Source of the DNA: an uncultured bacterium
GTDB lineage: Bacteria; Joyebacterota; Joyebacteria; Joyebacterales; Joyebacteraceae
NCBI GenBank assembly: GCA_964399265.1
Contig: CAYNQF010000004.1
Coordinates: 1-57,857, forward strand
Direction of reading: 5' to 3'
Length of the DNA stretch: 57,857 nucleotides
A program made the position numbers and the translations under genes. This document shows, one piece after another, positions 1-7,902 of this stretch; within the stretch, counting starts at the first letter, position 1; each line of letters starts with the position of its first letter. The notes beneath the pieces are model-generated. The model saw only the letters and a program-made list of their open reading frames with translations. It ran no database searches and was not told the DNA's origin.

Positions 1-2
1 GC

Positions 3-1367
3 AACGAGTCGCCGAGGTGGTTGGGACGCTGTCCGGGCTGCGGCGAGTGGAACACCTACGAGCAGCAGGCCGTCGTCGCGCCCACTCCTGGTCGGCACGA
101 GCGGCCCAGGCAGGATGCGGTCAGGCTCTCGGCCATCGAGGCCGAGGACCGCGGGCGCGTCGGGACCGGGCTGCCGGAACTCGACCGGGTCCTGGGCGGC
201 GGCATCGTCCCAGGCGTGGTCGTGCTGGTGGGCGGCGACCCGGGCATCGGCAAGTCGACGCTCCTGCTCCAGGCCAGCGACTCGCTGGCGGCGGCGGGCG
301 AGACGGTCCTGTACGCGAGCGCGGAGGAGTCGCGGACGCAGATCAAACTTCGCGCGCGGCGGCTCGGCATCGACTCGGACCGGATCATCGTCCTGGCCGA
401 CACCGACCTCGGTCGCGTGCTCGACGAGGCCGCGAAGCTCGAGCCGGGGGCACTGATACTCGACTCGATACAGGCGGTGGCCCAGGCCGACGCCGCGGGG
501 TCTGCAGGCAGCGTGTCCCAGGTCCGCGCGTGCGCGGCCGCCCTCGTCAGGCTCGCCAAAGAGACGGCGCTTCCCGTCTTCATCGTGGGGCACGTCACGA
601 AGCAGGGTTCCATCGCGGGCCCGAGGATCCTGGAGCACATGGTCGACACCGTGCTCTACTTCGAGGGCGACAAGCGTCTGCCCTACCGCATACTGCGCGC
701 CGTCAAGAACCGGTTCGGGTCGACCGACGAGATCGGCGTCTTCGAGATGACGTCGGGCGGTCTCGCGGAGGTCTCCGACCCGTCGGAGTTGTTCGTGACG
801 GAGGGGAGAGGGCCCGTCTCCGGCTCGATGGTCGTCGCGACCGTCGAGGGGACGCGGGCACTCATGGTCGAGATACAGGCTCTCACGGGCCTCTCGAACT
901 ACGCGGTCCCGCAGCGGTCCAGCTCGGGCGTCGACAGGGGGCGTCTGCCTCTCGTTCTTGCCGTGCTCGAGCGGCGAGGCGGCCTCAGCCTGGGCAACAG
1001 GGACGTGTTCGTCAACGTGGCGGGAGGAGTGAGGGTGGACGAGCCGGCCGCCGATCTCGGGATAGCTCTCGCGATCGCGTCGAGCTACAGGGACGTGCCG
1101 GTCGACACCAGGACTGCAGCCTTCGGTGAGATCGGCCTCGGAGGAGAGGTCCGCCGCGTCACGCTGGCGGGCAAGCGCGTCCAGGAGGCCGCGAGGCTCG
1201 GATACAGGAGAGTGGTCGTACCGCCGGGCGCCGTGCCCGTCGAAGAGCGTCCGAAGGGAGTGGAGTTCGTGGAGGTGCACTCCATCTCGGAGGCCGTCCG
1301 CGCCGTGCTCGGGACTCGCTCGCGAAGCGGCGGCAGGCAGGCCGCCGAGGAACTGGAGGAGGTGTGA
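3..1367 (+). CDS. radA: DNA repair protein RadA/Sms (5' end outside window)
   Basis: Second half of the Zn finger (CPGC), Walker A GGDPGIGKS, KNRFG motif, Lon-like C-terminal domain. The reading frame is open to the window edge. Confidence 0.97.
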   Translation, partial: NESPRWLGRCPGCGEWNTYEQQAVVAPTPGRHERPRQDAVRLSAIEAEDRGRVGTGLPELDRVLGGGIVPGVVVLVGGDPGIGKSTLLLQASDSLAAAGETVLYASAEESRTQIKLRARRLGIDSDRIIVLADTDLGRVLDEAAKLEPGALILDSIQAVAQADAAGSAGSVSQVRACAAALVRLAKETALPVFIVGHVTKQGSIAGPRILEHMVDTVLYFEGDKRLPYRILRAVKNRFGSTDEIGVFEMTSGGLAEVSDPSELFVTEGRGPVSGSMVVATVEGTRALMVEIQALTGLSNYAVPQRSSSGVDRGRLPLVLAVLERRGGLSLGNRDVFVNVAGGVRVDEPAADLGIALAIASSYRDVPVDTRTAAFGEIGLGGEVRRVTLAGKRVQEAARLGYRRVVVPPGAVPVEERPKGVEFVEVHSISEAVRAVLGTRSRSGGRQAAEELEEV

Positions 1368-2572
1368 ACGTGCCGCGCGTTGGAGCCGTCGTCGTAGCCG
1401 CCGGTTCGTCCACCAGAGCCGGAGGGGGAACGCCCAAGCAGTTCCGTATGCTCGGCACCAGGCCGATGTTCGTAGCGGCCGTCGAGCCGCTTCTCGAGGA
1501 CTGCGACGAGATCGTGATAGTCGTCCCCGCTGGAACGGAGTCGCGCGCAGCGTCCATGGCGCGCTCCGCGGGGATTCCCGAGGGGCGGGTGAAGCTCGTC
1601 GCGGGAGGCCCGCGGAGACAGGATTCCGTGGCGAACGGCGTGGCCGCGCTCTCCTCGGACGTGGGGATCGTGCTCGTCCACGACGCCGCCAGGCCGTTCG
1701 CGACCAGGGCCCTCGTCGCGCGCGTCATCGAGGCGGCAGCGGAGCACGGCGCGGCCGTGCCGGCGGTGCCCGCCACCGACAGCGTCAAGCGAGTGGAGAA
1801 CGGAGAGGTCGTCGCCTCGCTCGACCGCTCGGTGCTGGTCCTCACTCAGACGCCGCAGGGATTCAGGCGCGACGTGCTCGAACGCGCCATGGCGTCGTGC
1901 GCGGACACCGATGTGACCGACGATGCGCAGTGCGTCGAGATGTCGGGGCACGCAGTCGTCGTTGTCGCTGGAGAGCCCGGCAACGTCAAGCTGACGCACC
2001 CGTCGGACCTCGAGGCGGCCGTGACGAGGGCGGCCGAGGCCTCAGGGCTGGACAGACCGGCGCGCGTCGGGATAGGAAGCGACGTCCACAGGCTGACCGT
2101 CGGCAGGAAGCTCGTGCTGTGCGGGGTCGAGGTGCCGTTCGACAAGGGGCTGGACGGCTGGTCGGACGCCGATGTGGCCACTCACGCCGTGATGGACGCC
2201 CTCCTTGGCGCGGTCGCCGAGAGGGACATCGGCCATCACTTCCCGCCGGGCGAGGAGGAGTACAGGGGCGCGTCCAGCATCTCGCTGCTCAGGAAGGTGG
2301 TGAGGCTCCTGCGCTCCATGGGATACGTCCCGTCGAGCATCGACGTGACCATCGTGGCCGAGGCGCCCAGGCTCGCGCCGCACATCGACGCCATGCGGCA
2401 CACGCTCGCGGGGGCCACGGGCCTCTCGTCAGGCGACGTGTCGGTCAAGGCCACGACGACCGAGGGAACGGGTGCCGAGGGAGCGGGAGAGGCCATTTCG
2501 GCGAGCGCGGTCGCTGTCGTGCGGCCCACCGGCGATACGGACGTGGACGGGCAGGGGGAAGGGGTGGGATGA
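1364..2572 (+). CDS. ispDF: Bifunctional IspD/IspF (MEP cytidylyltransferase / MEcDP synthase)
   Basis: N-terminal AAGSSTR..PKQF, RQDSV, HDAARP and QTPQ (IspD). C-terminal GSDVHRL, SDADVATHA, DIGHHFP and VSVKATTTE (IspF). GTGA overlap with radA. Confidence 0.96.
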   Translation: MNVPRVGAVVVAAGSSTRAGGGTPKQFRMLGTRPMFVAAVEPLLEDCDEIVIVVPAGTESRAASMARSAGIPEGRVKLVAGGPRRQDSVANGVAALSSDVGIVLVHDAARPFATRALVARVIEAAAEHGAAVPAVPATDSVKRVENGEVVASLDRSVLVLTQTPQGFRRDVLERAMASCADTDVTDDAQCVEMSGHAVVVVAGEPGNVKLTHPSDLEAAVTRAAEASGLDRPARVGIGSDVHRLTVGRKLVLCGVEVPFDKGLDGWSDADVATHAVMDALLGAVAERDIGHHFPPGEEEYRGASSISLLRKVVRLLRSMGYVPSSIDVTIVAEAPRLAPHIDAMRHTLAGATGLSSGDVSVKATTTEGTGAEGAGEAISASAVAVVRPTGDTDVDGQGEGVG

Positions 2573-3804
2573 GCGCCTCGTGGCACAGATCGCATCTCGT
2601 CAACGTCTGCGTGGCGGTCGCCTCGACCGCCGTCGCCTACCTGGTCATGGAATTCGCCGTCTTACCGGCAGTGCTGCCGCACGTTCCGCTTGATAGACAG
2701 ATAGACATCCACGCCGGCATTCGGGCTCTGACGCAGAGTTCCAAGTCCGGCACTCTGCCACATGACTACGTGGCGCTCGTCGGCGACTCCTACGCACAGG
2801 GCTCGGGTGACTGGTTCCGGTCGGTCGACCACGGGCGAAACCCGCCGTACAACGTGACGCACCTCATCTACGAGAGAGAAGGCCGCGACTCGATCACGTT
2901 CGGCGCGAGCGGGGCAGGCAGCCTGCGCGGCCTCGTCACCGAGCCGCTGTCCCAGTACGAGTTCATGAAGGCCACGGGCCGGTTTCGCATCGGCCAGCCG
3001 GACGTGACCGTGGTCTACTTCTACGAGGGAAACGACCTCGACAACAACGTGCTTGATCTGGAGACCAGGTACGATGGGCCCTGGCGTTCTCCCGGCCGGG
3101 CGCCGGACCCGGTGGCCTTCGGCGCGTTCATGCGGGACAAGGTTCTGGGAGAGGACTCGCTCTTCGGGCAGGCGGAGGCGTTCAGGTGGTATGATAATGC
3201 CTTCGTCGCCGACTTCATCTACCGGACGATCAAACGGTCTGCGAGGTACTGGCTCCGCGGGCGAGAAGCCTACGAGTTTCCGCTGCCGGTCTTGCGCGAC
3301 GGCCCGAACAACCGCGCCGTGGTCGGCGGTGCGGTCGTGGCCATCCCGGAGGAACTCCAGGGCCCGGCGCTCGAGCTGAACGGAGACGAGATTGGGCTGG
3401 GCGTAGATGTGTTCGAGCGGGCGCTCGTCTTTCTACGCGACTGGTTCGCGGACTCGAGAGTCTGCGTCGTCTACATCCCCTCGCCGCTCTCGTGCTACGA
3501 GCCGGGGTCGCCGACCGTGAGCTGTCAGTCCTACCACGACCGTGAGTCGGTTCACCCCTCGTCGCTCGTCTGGGAGAGGAGCGACGAGATCGCGGGCATG
3601 GTGCGCGAGGTCGCGGAGCGGGCGGGCTGCCCGTTCGCGGACGCCCGTCCGGCCCTGAGGCGAGAGGCGGCGCGCGAGTTCATTCACGGCCCCTTGGACT
3701 GGCGGCACTTCAACAGGAACGGCCTGGAGACACTCGCTACCACGGTCATCGCGCTCGTCGACTCGGTAGGCGAGGCCGGACCGAGAGACGTGTGCGATGA
3801 GTGA
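2569..3804 (+). CDS. Membrane-anchored SGNH/GDSL hydrolase-family protein (possible polysaccharide O-acyl-modifying enzyme)
   Basis: N-terminal TM helix, block I GDSY, block III EGND, block V DWRH. ATG at 2569 overlaps the ispDF stop; the track's 1126 start is an artefact. Confidence 0.75.
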   Translation: MSASWHRSHLVNVCVAVASTAVAYLVMEFAVLPAVLPHVPLDRQIDIHAGIRALTQSSKSGTLPHDYVALVGDSYAQGSGDWFRSVDHGRNPPYNVTHLIYEREGRDSITFGASGAGSLRGLVTEPLSQYEFMKATGRFRIGQPDVTVVYFYEGNDLDNNVLDLETRYDGPWRSPGRAPDPVAFGAFMRDKVLGEDSLFGQAEAFRWYDNAFVADFIYRTIKRSARYWLRGREAYEFPLPVLRDGPNNRAVVGGAVVAIPEELQGPALELNGDEIGLGVDVFERALVFLRDWFADSRVCVVYIPSPLSCYEPGSPTVSCQSYHDRESVHPSSLVWERSDEIAGMVREVAERAGCPFADARPALRREAAREFIHGPLDWRHFNRNGLETLATTVIALVDSVGEAGPRDVCDE

Positions 3805-3868
3805 CCCCGCACGGAGCAGGGATCGCGTCCCGGGCAGGTCGGCCGGTGACGAGTGAGGAGAGCACCCT

Positions 3869-5329
3869 GTGAACGATCTGGTCAGAGTCAGATTCGCGCC
3901 GAGCCCGACCGGACATCTGCACGTCGGCGGGGCGCGCACGGCGCTCTTCAACTGGCTGTTCGCGAGGAGCCACGGCGGCGTGTTCGTCCTGAGGGTGGAG
4001 GACACCGACCTCGCGCGCTCGACGCCCGAGTCGGAGACCGCAGTCCTCACGGATCTGAAGTGGCTCGGCCTCGACTGGAACGAGGGACCCGACGTGGGCG
4101 GGCCCGTTGGCCCGTACCGTCAGTCCGAGCGGGCGAAGATCTACCGGAACCATGCTGACAGGCTCGTGGCCGCGGGGCTCGCGTACCCGTGCTTCTGCTC
4201 CGACGACGAGCTCGAGGCCAAGAGGAAGGCTGCGCTCTCGGAGGGCCGCGACCCGCGCTACGATGGTACGTGCAGGGGACTCACCGACAGCCGTCGCGAC
4301 GAGCTTCGCGCGGAGGGGCGCAGGCCCGCGCTCAGGTTCGTCTCCGGCGACCGCGGCGTTACGCTCGACGACATGGTCCGCGGGGATGTGTCGTTCGGGA
4401 GCGAGATGCTCGGTGACTTCGTTATCCTCAGGAACGACGGCAGGCCGACCTACAATTTCGCCGTGGTCGTCGACGACGCGCTCATGGCCATCACGCACGT
4501 CATACGTGCCGAGGAGCACCTGCCGAACACGATGAGACAGGTGCTGCTCTACGAGGCCCTGGGGTTCTCGCTTCCCAGGTTCGCGCACGTGTCCCTCATC
4601 GTCGACAAGGATCGGAGCAAGCTCTCCAAGCGCCGGGGCGCGACGTCGGTGGCCGAGTTCAGGGAGCGCGGTTACCTTCCGGGTGCGCTCCTGAACTACC
4701 TGGCGCTGCTCGGATGGTCGCCGCCGGACGACAAGGAACTCCTGTCGGTCGCGGAGATGGTCGAGTCGTTCGACATTCGGAGGGTCTCGGCGGCGCCGGC
4801 CGCATTCGACGAGGACAAGCTCGACTGGGTCAACGGGCACCACATTCGAGAGGAGCCGCTCGACCGGGTCGTCGCCCTGGCCCGGCCGTTCGCCGAGGCC
4901 GCCGGGCTCGTCGAGCACGACGATGCGCGCTTCGCCGCCATGATAGAACTCGTTCGCCCTCGCCTGAGCCGGCTCTCAGATGTGCCGCGGGAGATCGGCA
5001 TCTTCTTCGACGGAGCCTGGACCGCGGACGAGGAGGCGTGCGCCGCGCTTGAGTCGCCGGCCGCACGGAACGTCGTGCGCGCCGTCAAGGACGGTCTCGG
5101 GTCGGGAGGTCCGGCGCTCACCGCCGAAGCGTTCAAGCAGCTTCTGTCGTCCGTAGGAAAGGAACTGGGGGCGAAGGGAAAGGACCTCTACGCCCCGGTG
5201 CGCGCGGCCATGACGGGAGCGACGCACGGGCCGGGTCTCGGAGAGATAGCGGCCGTCCTCGGCCGTGAGAGGGTGGTCAGCAGGCTGAACGAGGCTCTCG
5301 GGGAGCCGCGCAAGGAGACCGCAAGGTGA
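3869..5329 (+). CDS. gltX: Glutamate--tRNA ligase
   Basis: RFAPSPTGHLHVGG (HIGH), LRVEDTD, YPCFC Zn site, KLSKR (KMSKS). Confidence 0.97.
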   Translation: MNDLVRVRFAPSPTGHLHVGGARTALFNWLFARSHGGVFVLRVEDTDLARSTPESETAVLTDLKWLGLDWNEGPDVGGPVGPYRQSERAKIYRNHADRLVAAGLAYPCFCSDDELEAKRKAALSEGRDPRYDGTCRGLTDSRRDELRAEGRRPALRFVSGDRGVTLDDMVRGDVSFGSEMLGDFVILRNDGRPTYNFAVVVDDALMAITHVIRAEEHLPNTMRQVLLYEALGFSLPRFAHVSLIVDKDRSKLSKRRGATSVAEFRERGYLPGALLNYLALLGWSPPDDKELLSVAEMVESFDIRRVSAAPAAFDEDKLDWVNGHHIREEPLDRVVALARPFAEAAGLVEHDDARFAAMIELVRPRLSRLSDVPREIGIFFDGAWTADEEACAALESPAARNVVRAVKDGLGSGGPALTAEAFKQLLSSVGKELGAKGKDLYAPVRAAMTGATHGPGLGEIAAVLGRERVVSRLNEALGEPRKETAR

Positions 5330-6468
5330 AGATCGCCGTTCTTTACGGAGGGGTGTCGACCGAGCGCCAGGTGTCGCTCGTAACGGGGCTTGCGGTCGGC
5401 ACGGCGCTGGCGGACAGGGAACACGATGTGCTCCTGGTCGACACGGCGGTGGGCGACTCGCCCGTGGGAGTCCGCGAGGCGAGGGCCGCCGCGGATCTGG
5501 TCGGGGCGCCTGCGACACCGGCCTTCGCCCCGGACAGCACGGCCAGGGCCGTTGCGGGCGAGGCCGTGACCTCGGCGGACGTCGTGTTCATAGCGCTGCA
5601 TGGAGCGACGGGGGAGAACGGGACCGTGCAGGGTCTGCTCGAGTGTTCGGGGAAGCCGTACACCGGCTCGGGCGTGTTCGCGAGCGCGCTCGCCATGGAC
5701 AAGCGGCTCTCGAAGCTTGCGTTCCGCGCGGCCGGCGTGCCGACGCCCGACTGGCGGGTGGTGGTGGTCAAGGGCGGCAGCGGTGATGCGCGAGTCGCCA
5801 CCGATGGGGGCGCGGGAGCGGCCGGAGCAGGCGCGGAAACGGCCGCCGGCGACGCGTGGAGCCGGCGCGACCAGGGACCCTCGTTCCCGGACGATCTTCC
5901 CGAGGAGAAGGCGTGGTCGGCTGTCGGGGACCTGGGCGGCTACCCCGTCATCGTGAAGCCCAACGACCAGGGCTCGACGGTCGGGCTCACGCTGGTCGAG
6001 AGCGAGGACGGACTCGCGGACGCGCTCCGGCTCGCCGGCAGGTTCGGGCGCAACGTCCTGATGGAGCGGTACGTGCCCGGCCGCGAGCTCACGGTAGCGG
6101 TGCTGGACGGCGACGCGCTGCCGGTCGTCGAGGTGTCACCGCACAAGGGCCTGTACGACTACGAGAGCAAGTACACGAAGGGCATGACCGACTACTCATG
6201 CCCGGCGGACATCCCCGAGGAGACGGCGGTCGCCCGTCGGGCGAACGGATTGGCTGCCTTCGCGGCCCTGGGCTGTAGCGGCTACGCGCGGGTCGACTAC
6301 CGGCTCGACCCGTCGGGTGCGTTCCGCTGCCTCGAGGCCAACACCGTCCCCGGCATGACGGAGTTCAGCCTCGTGCCGATGGCCGCACGGGCGGCGGGCA
6401 TCGATTTCGGCGACCTCTGCGAGCGCATCGTGGAGACGGCTCTCCGCGGCGGAAAAGCCCACTTATAG
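5326..6468 (+). CDS. ddl: D-alanine--D-alanine ligase with a Gly/Ala-rich insertion
   Basis: GGVSTERQVS, ALHGATGENG, MDK, VKPNDQGST, YDYESKY (Tyr-type omega loop), EANTVPGMT. Confidence 0.95.
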   Translation: MKIAVLYGGVSTERQVSLVTGLAVGTALADREHDVLLVDTAVGDSPVGVREARAAADLVGAPATPAFAPDSTARAVAGEAVTSADVVFIALHGATGENGTVQGLLECSGKPYTGSGVFASALAMDKRLSKLAFRAAGVPTPDWRVVVVKGGSGDARVATDGGAGAAGAGAETAAGDAWSRRDQGPSFPDDLPEEKAWSAVGDLGGYPVIVKPNDQGSTVGLTLVESEDGLADALRLAGRFGRNVLMERYVPGRELTVAVLDGDALPVVEVSPHKGLYDYESKYTKGMTDYSCPADIPEETAVARRANGLAAFAALGCSGYARVDYRLDPSGAFRCLEANTVPGMTEFSLVPMAARAAGIDFGDLCERIVETALRGGKAHL

Positions 6469-6489
6469 GCCCTGAACCGGGCCATTTGC

Positions 6490-6505
6490 TGGCACATTCG
6501 ATGCA
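6490..6505 (+). promoter_or_regulatory. sigma54 (-24/-12) promoter upstream of the EPS operon
   Basis: TGGCACATTCGATGCA = GG-N10-GC with a perfect TGGCAC; intergenic, 21 nt after the ddl stop. Confidence 0.7.
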
Positions 6506-6687
6506 GTACGAAGGGAGAAACACGGGCGTTTTCGTGTCGCCCGGACCCGTCCGTACGGCATGTACGACCCAGGGCGGTCCATCGGGCCGCTCTGTTAATT
6601 GTACGTGCGTGAATAGCTTAGGGGCGTGAGGCGTCCCAGGGGGAGCGGCGACCGTCGGAAAAGGCTACACTCGCCCTGCGAAACCTG

Positions 6688-6716
6688 TTGACCGGGGAGT
6701 GGGGTGCTAGTAGCTT
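6688..6716 (+). promoter_or_regulatory. Candidate sigma70 promoter upstream of wza
   Basis: TTGACC-N17-TAGCTT. Confidence 0.45.
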
Positions 6717-6861
6717 TCCGGAAGGGCCCCCACGGCAGCTGCAGTCGCCGTGGGTGAGTTCGTAAGTGCCCAGCAGCCGCACAATTGGTGGCTCCGCGCC
6801 TCCCGGCGAGGGTTTGGGGAAGGCGTCGCCGCGGACGTTTCAGTCAGTGGGGGAACAGCTG

Positions 6862-7884
6862 ATGTCGTACCGACGGGCGTTGCAGATTGCTCTAGTCGTC
6901 CTGGTAGTCGTTCTGCCGTTTGCCGAGGCGGCCTCACAGCAGCCTTCGGAGTACCAGATCGGTCCCGGGGACGTGCTGTCGATATCCGTGTGGCGTCACC
7001 CGGACCTCGACAGGAACGTCGTCGTGCGCTCGAACGGCGCCGTCACCTTCCCGCCCGTGGGCGACCTCACGGCGGCGGGACTGACGCCGACGGGGCTGGC
7101 GCGCGAGATCATGCAGCGTCTGCGTGACTACACGCGCGAGACGACCCAGGTCACCGTGTCGATGGCGCAGTTCAACAGCCGCGCGGTCTACCTGACCGGC
7201 CAGGTCGCGGCGCCGGGGAGATACAGCTTCGAGCAGCTTCCCGACCTGCTGCAGCTTCTGAGTCAGGCCGGCGGACCGCTGCCGGGCGCCGACCTCTCGT
7301 CGGTCTCGATCGTCAGGCCGGGGGCGGGCGGGGCGCAAGTGACCAAGGTCGATGTGGGAGCGTACATGAGGGGTCAGGTGTCGACGCCTCTTCCGACGCT
7401 GCAGCCGGGAGACACGGTCGACGTGCCGTCTCTCGCTCTCGGCGGCAGCGCGATGGGCGGCGGCGGACTGGTCTACATCCTGGGCGAGGTGACGACGCCG
7501 GGGGCATACCCGGCAGCCGACGGACTCGACATACTGCAGCTGATCGCGCTTGCCGGAGGCACAACGCCTCAGGCACGGCTCGACAACGTGGCGGTCGTGA
7601 TGAACGGCGACGGGAGCCAGGTCGTGGCCGCCGTCGACCTCAAGAACGTCATCGAACACGGCACGAGCGAGCCCTTCATGCTCGGGTCTGGGGACAGGGT
7701 CGTAGTGCAGGGATCGACCTCGAGCGTGCTCGCGCAGGCGCTCGGCATCACGTCGACGGTCCTGGGATACGGCCGTGACATTCTGTCATCGTACCTGCTC
7801 TATCTGAGCGTCGACAGGGAGCTGGCCGACCGCGAGGCGAGAGCGGCGGCGGAAGCGGCGGCAGCCAATGCGGCCGCCCAGTAG
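6862..7884 (+). CDS. wza: Polysaccharide export protein (Wza/OPX family; Poly_export + SLBB domains)
   Basis: EYQIGPGDVLSISVW, VRSNGAVTFPPVGD and two SLBB repeats (VYLTGQV..PG, VYILGEV..PG). Signal peptide has no lipobox Cys. Start taken at ATG 6862. Confidence 0.88.
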   Translation: MSYRRALQIALVVLVVVLPFAEAASQQPSEYQIGPGDVLSISVWRHPDLDRNVVVRSNGAVTFPPVGDLTAAGLTPTGLAREIMQRLRDYTRETTQVTVSMAQFNSRAVYLTGQVAAPGRYSFEQLPDLLQLLSQAGGPLPGADLSSVSIVRPGAGGAQVTKVDVGAYMRGQVSTPLPTLQPGDTVDVPSLALGGSAMGGGGLVYILGEVTTPGAYPAADGLDILQLIALAGGTTPQARLDNVAVVMNGDGSQVVAAVDLKNVIEHGTSEPFMLGSGDRVVVQGSTSSVLAQALGITSTVLGYGRDILSSYLLYLSVDRELADREARAAAEAAAANAAAQ

Positions 7885-7902
7885 TGGGGGAAGCTGACCG
7901 AC

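Noticed and set aside
2150-2175. IspF has GWSD where many homologues have GHSD
   Set aside because: The Zn ligands (D, H, H) are intact; a single substitution is not evidence of altered function.
1126-2568. Apparent 892-aa ORF fusing an upstream region to the SGNH protein
   Set aside because: The upstream part overlaps radA/ispDF in another frame and is low-complexity; the real start is ATG 2569.
6700-6745. Weak resemblance to a JUMPstart/ops element (gtgctagtagct...agggc...ggcagc)
   Set aside because: The core GGCGGTAG is absent, and the segment is better explained as a sigma70 -10 region.
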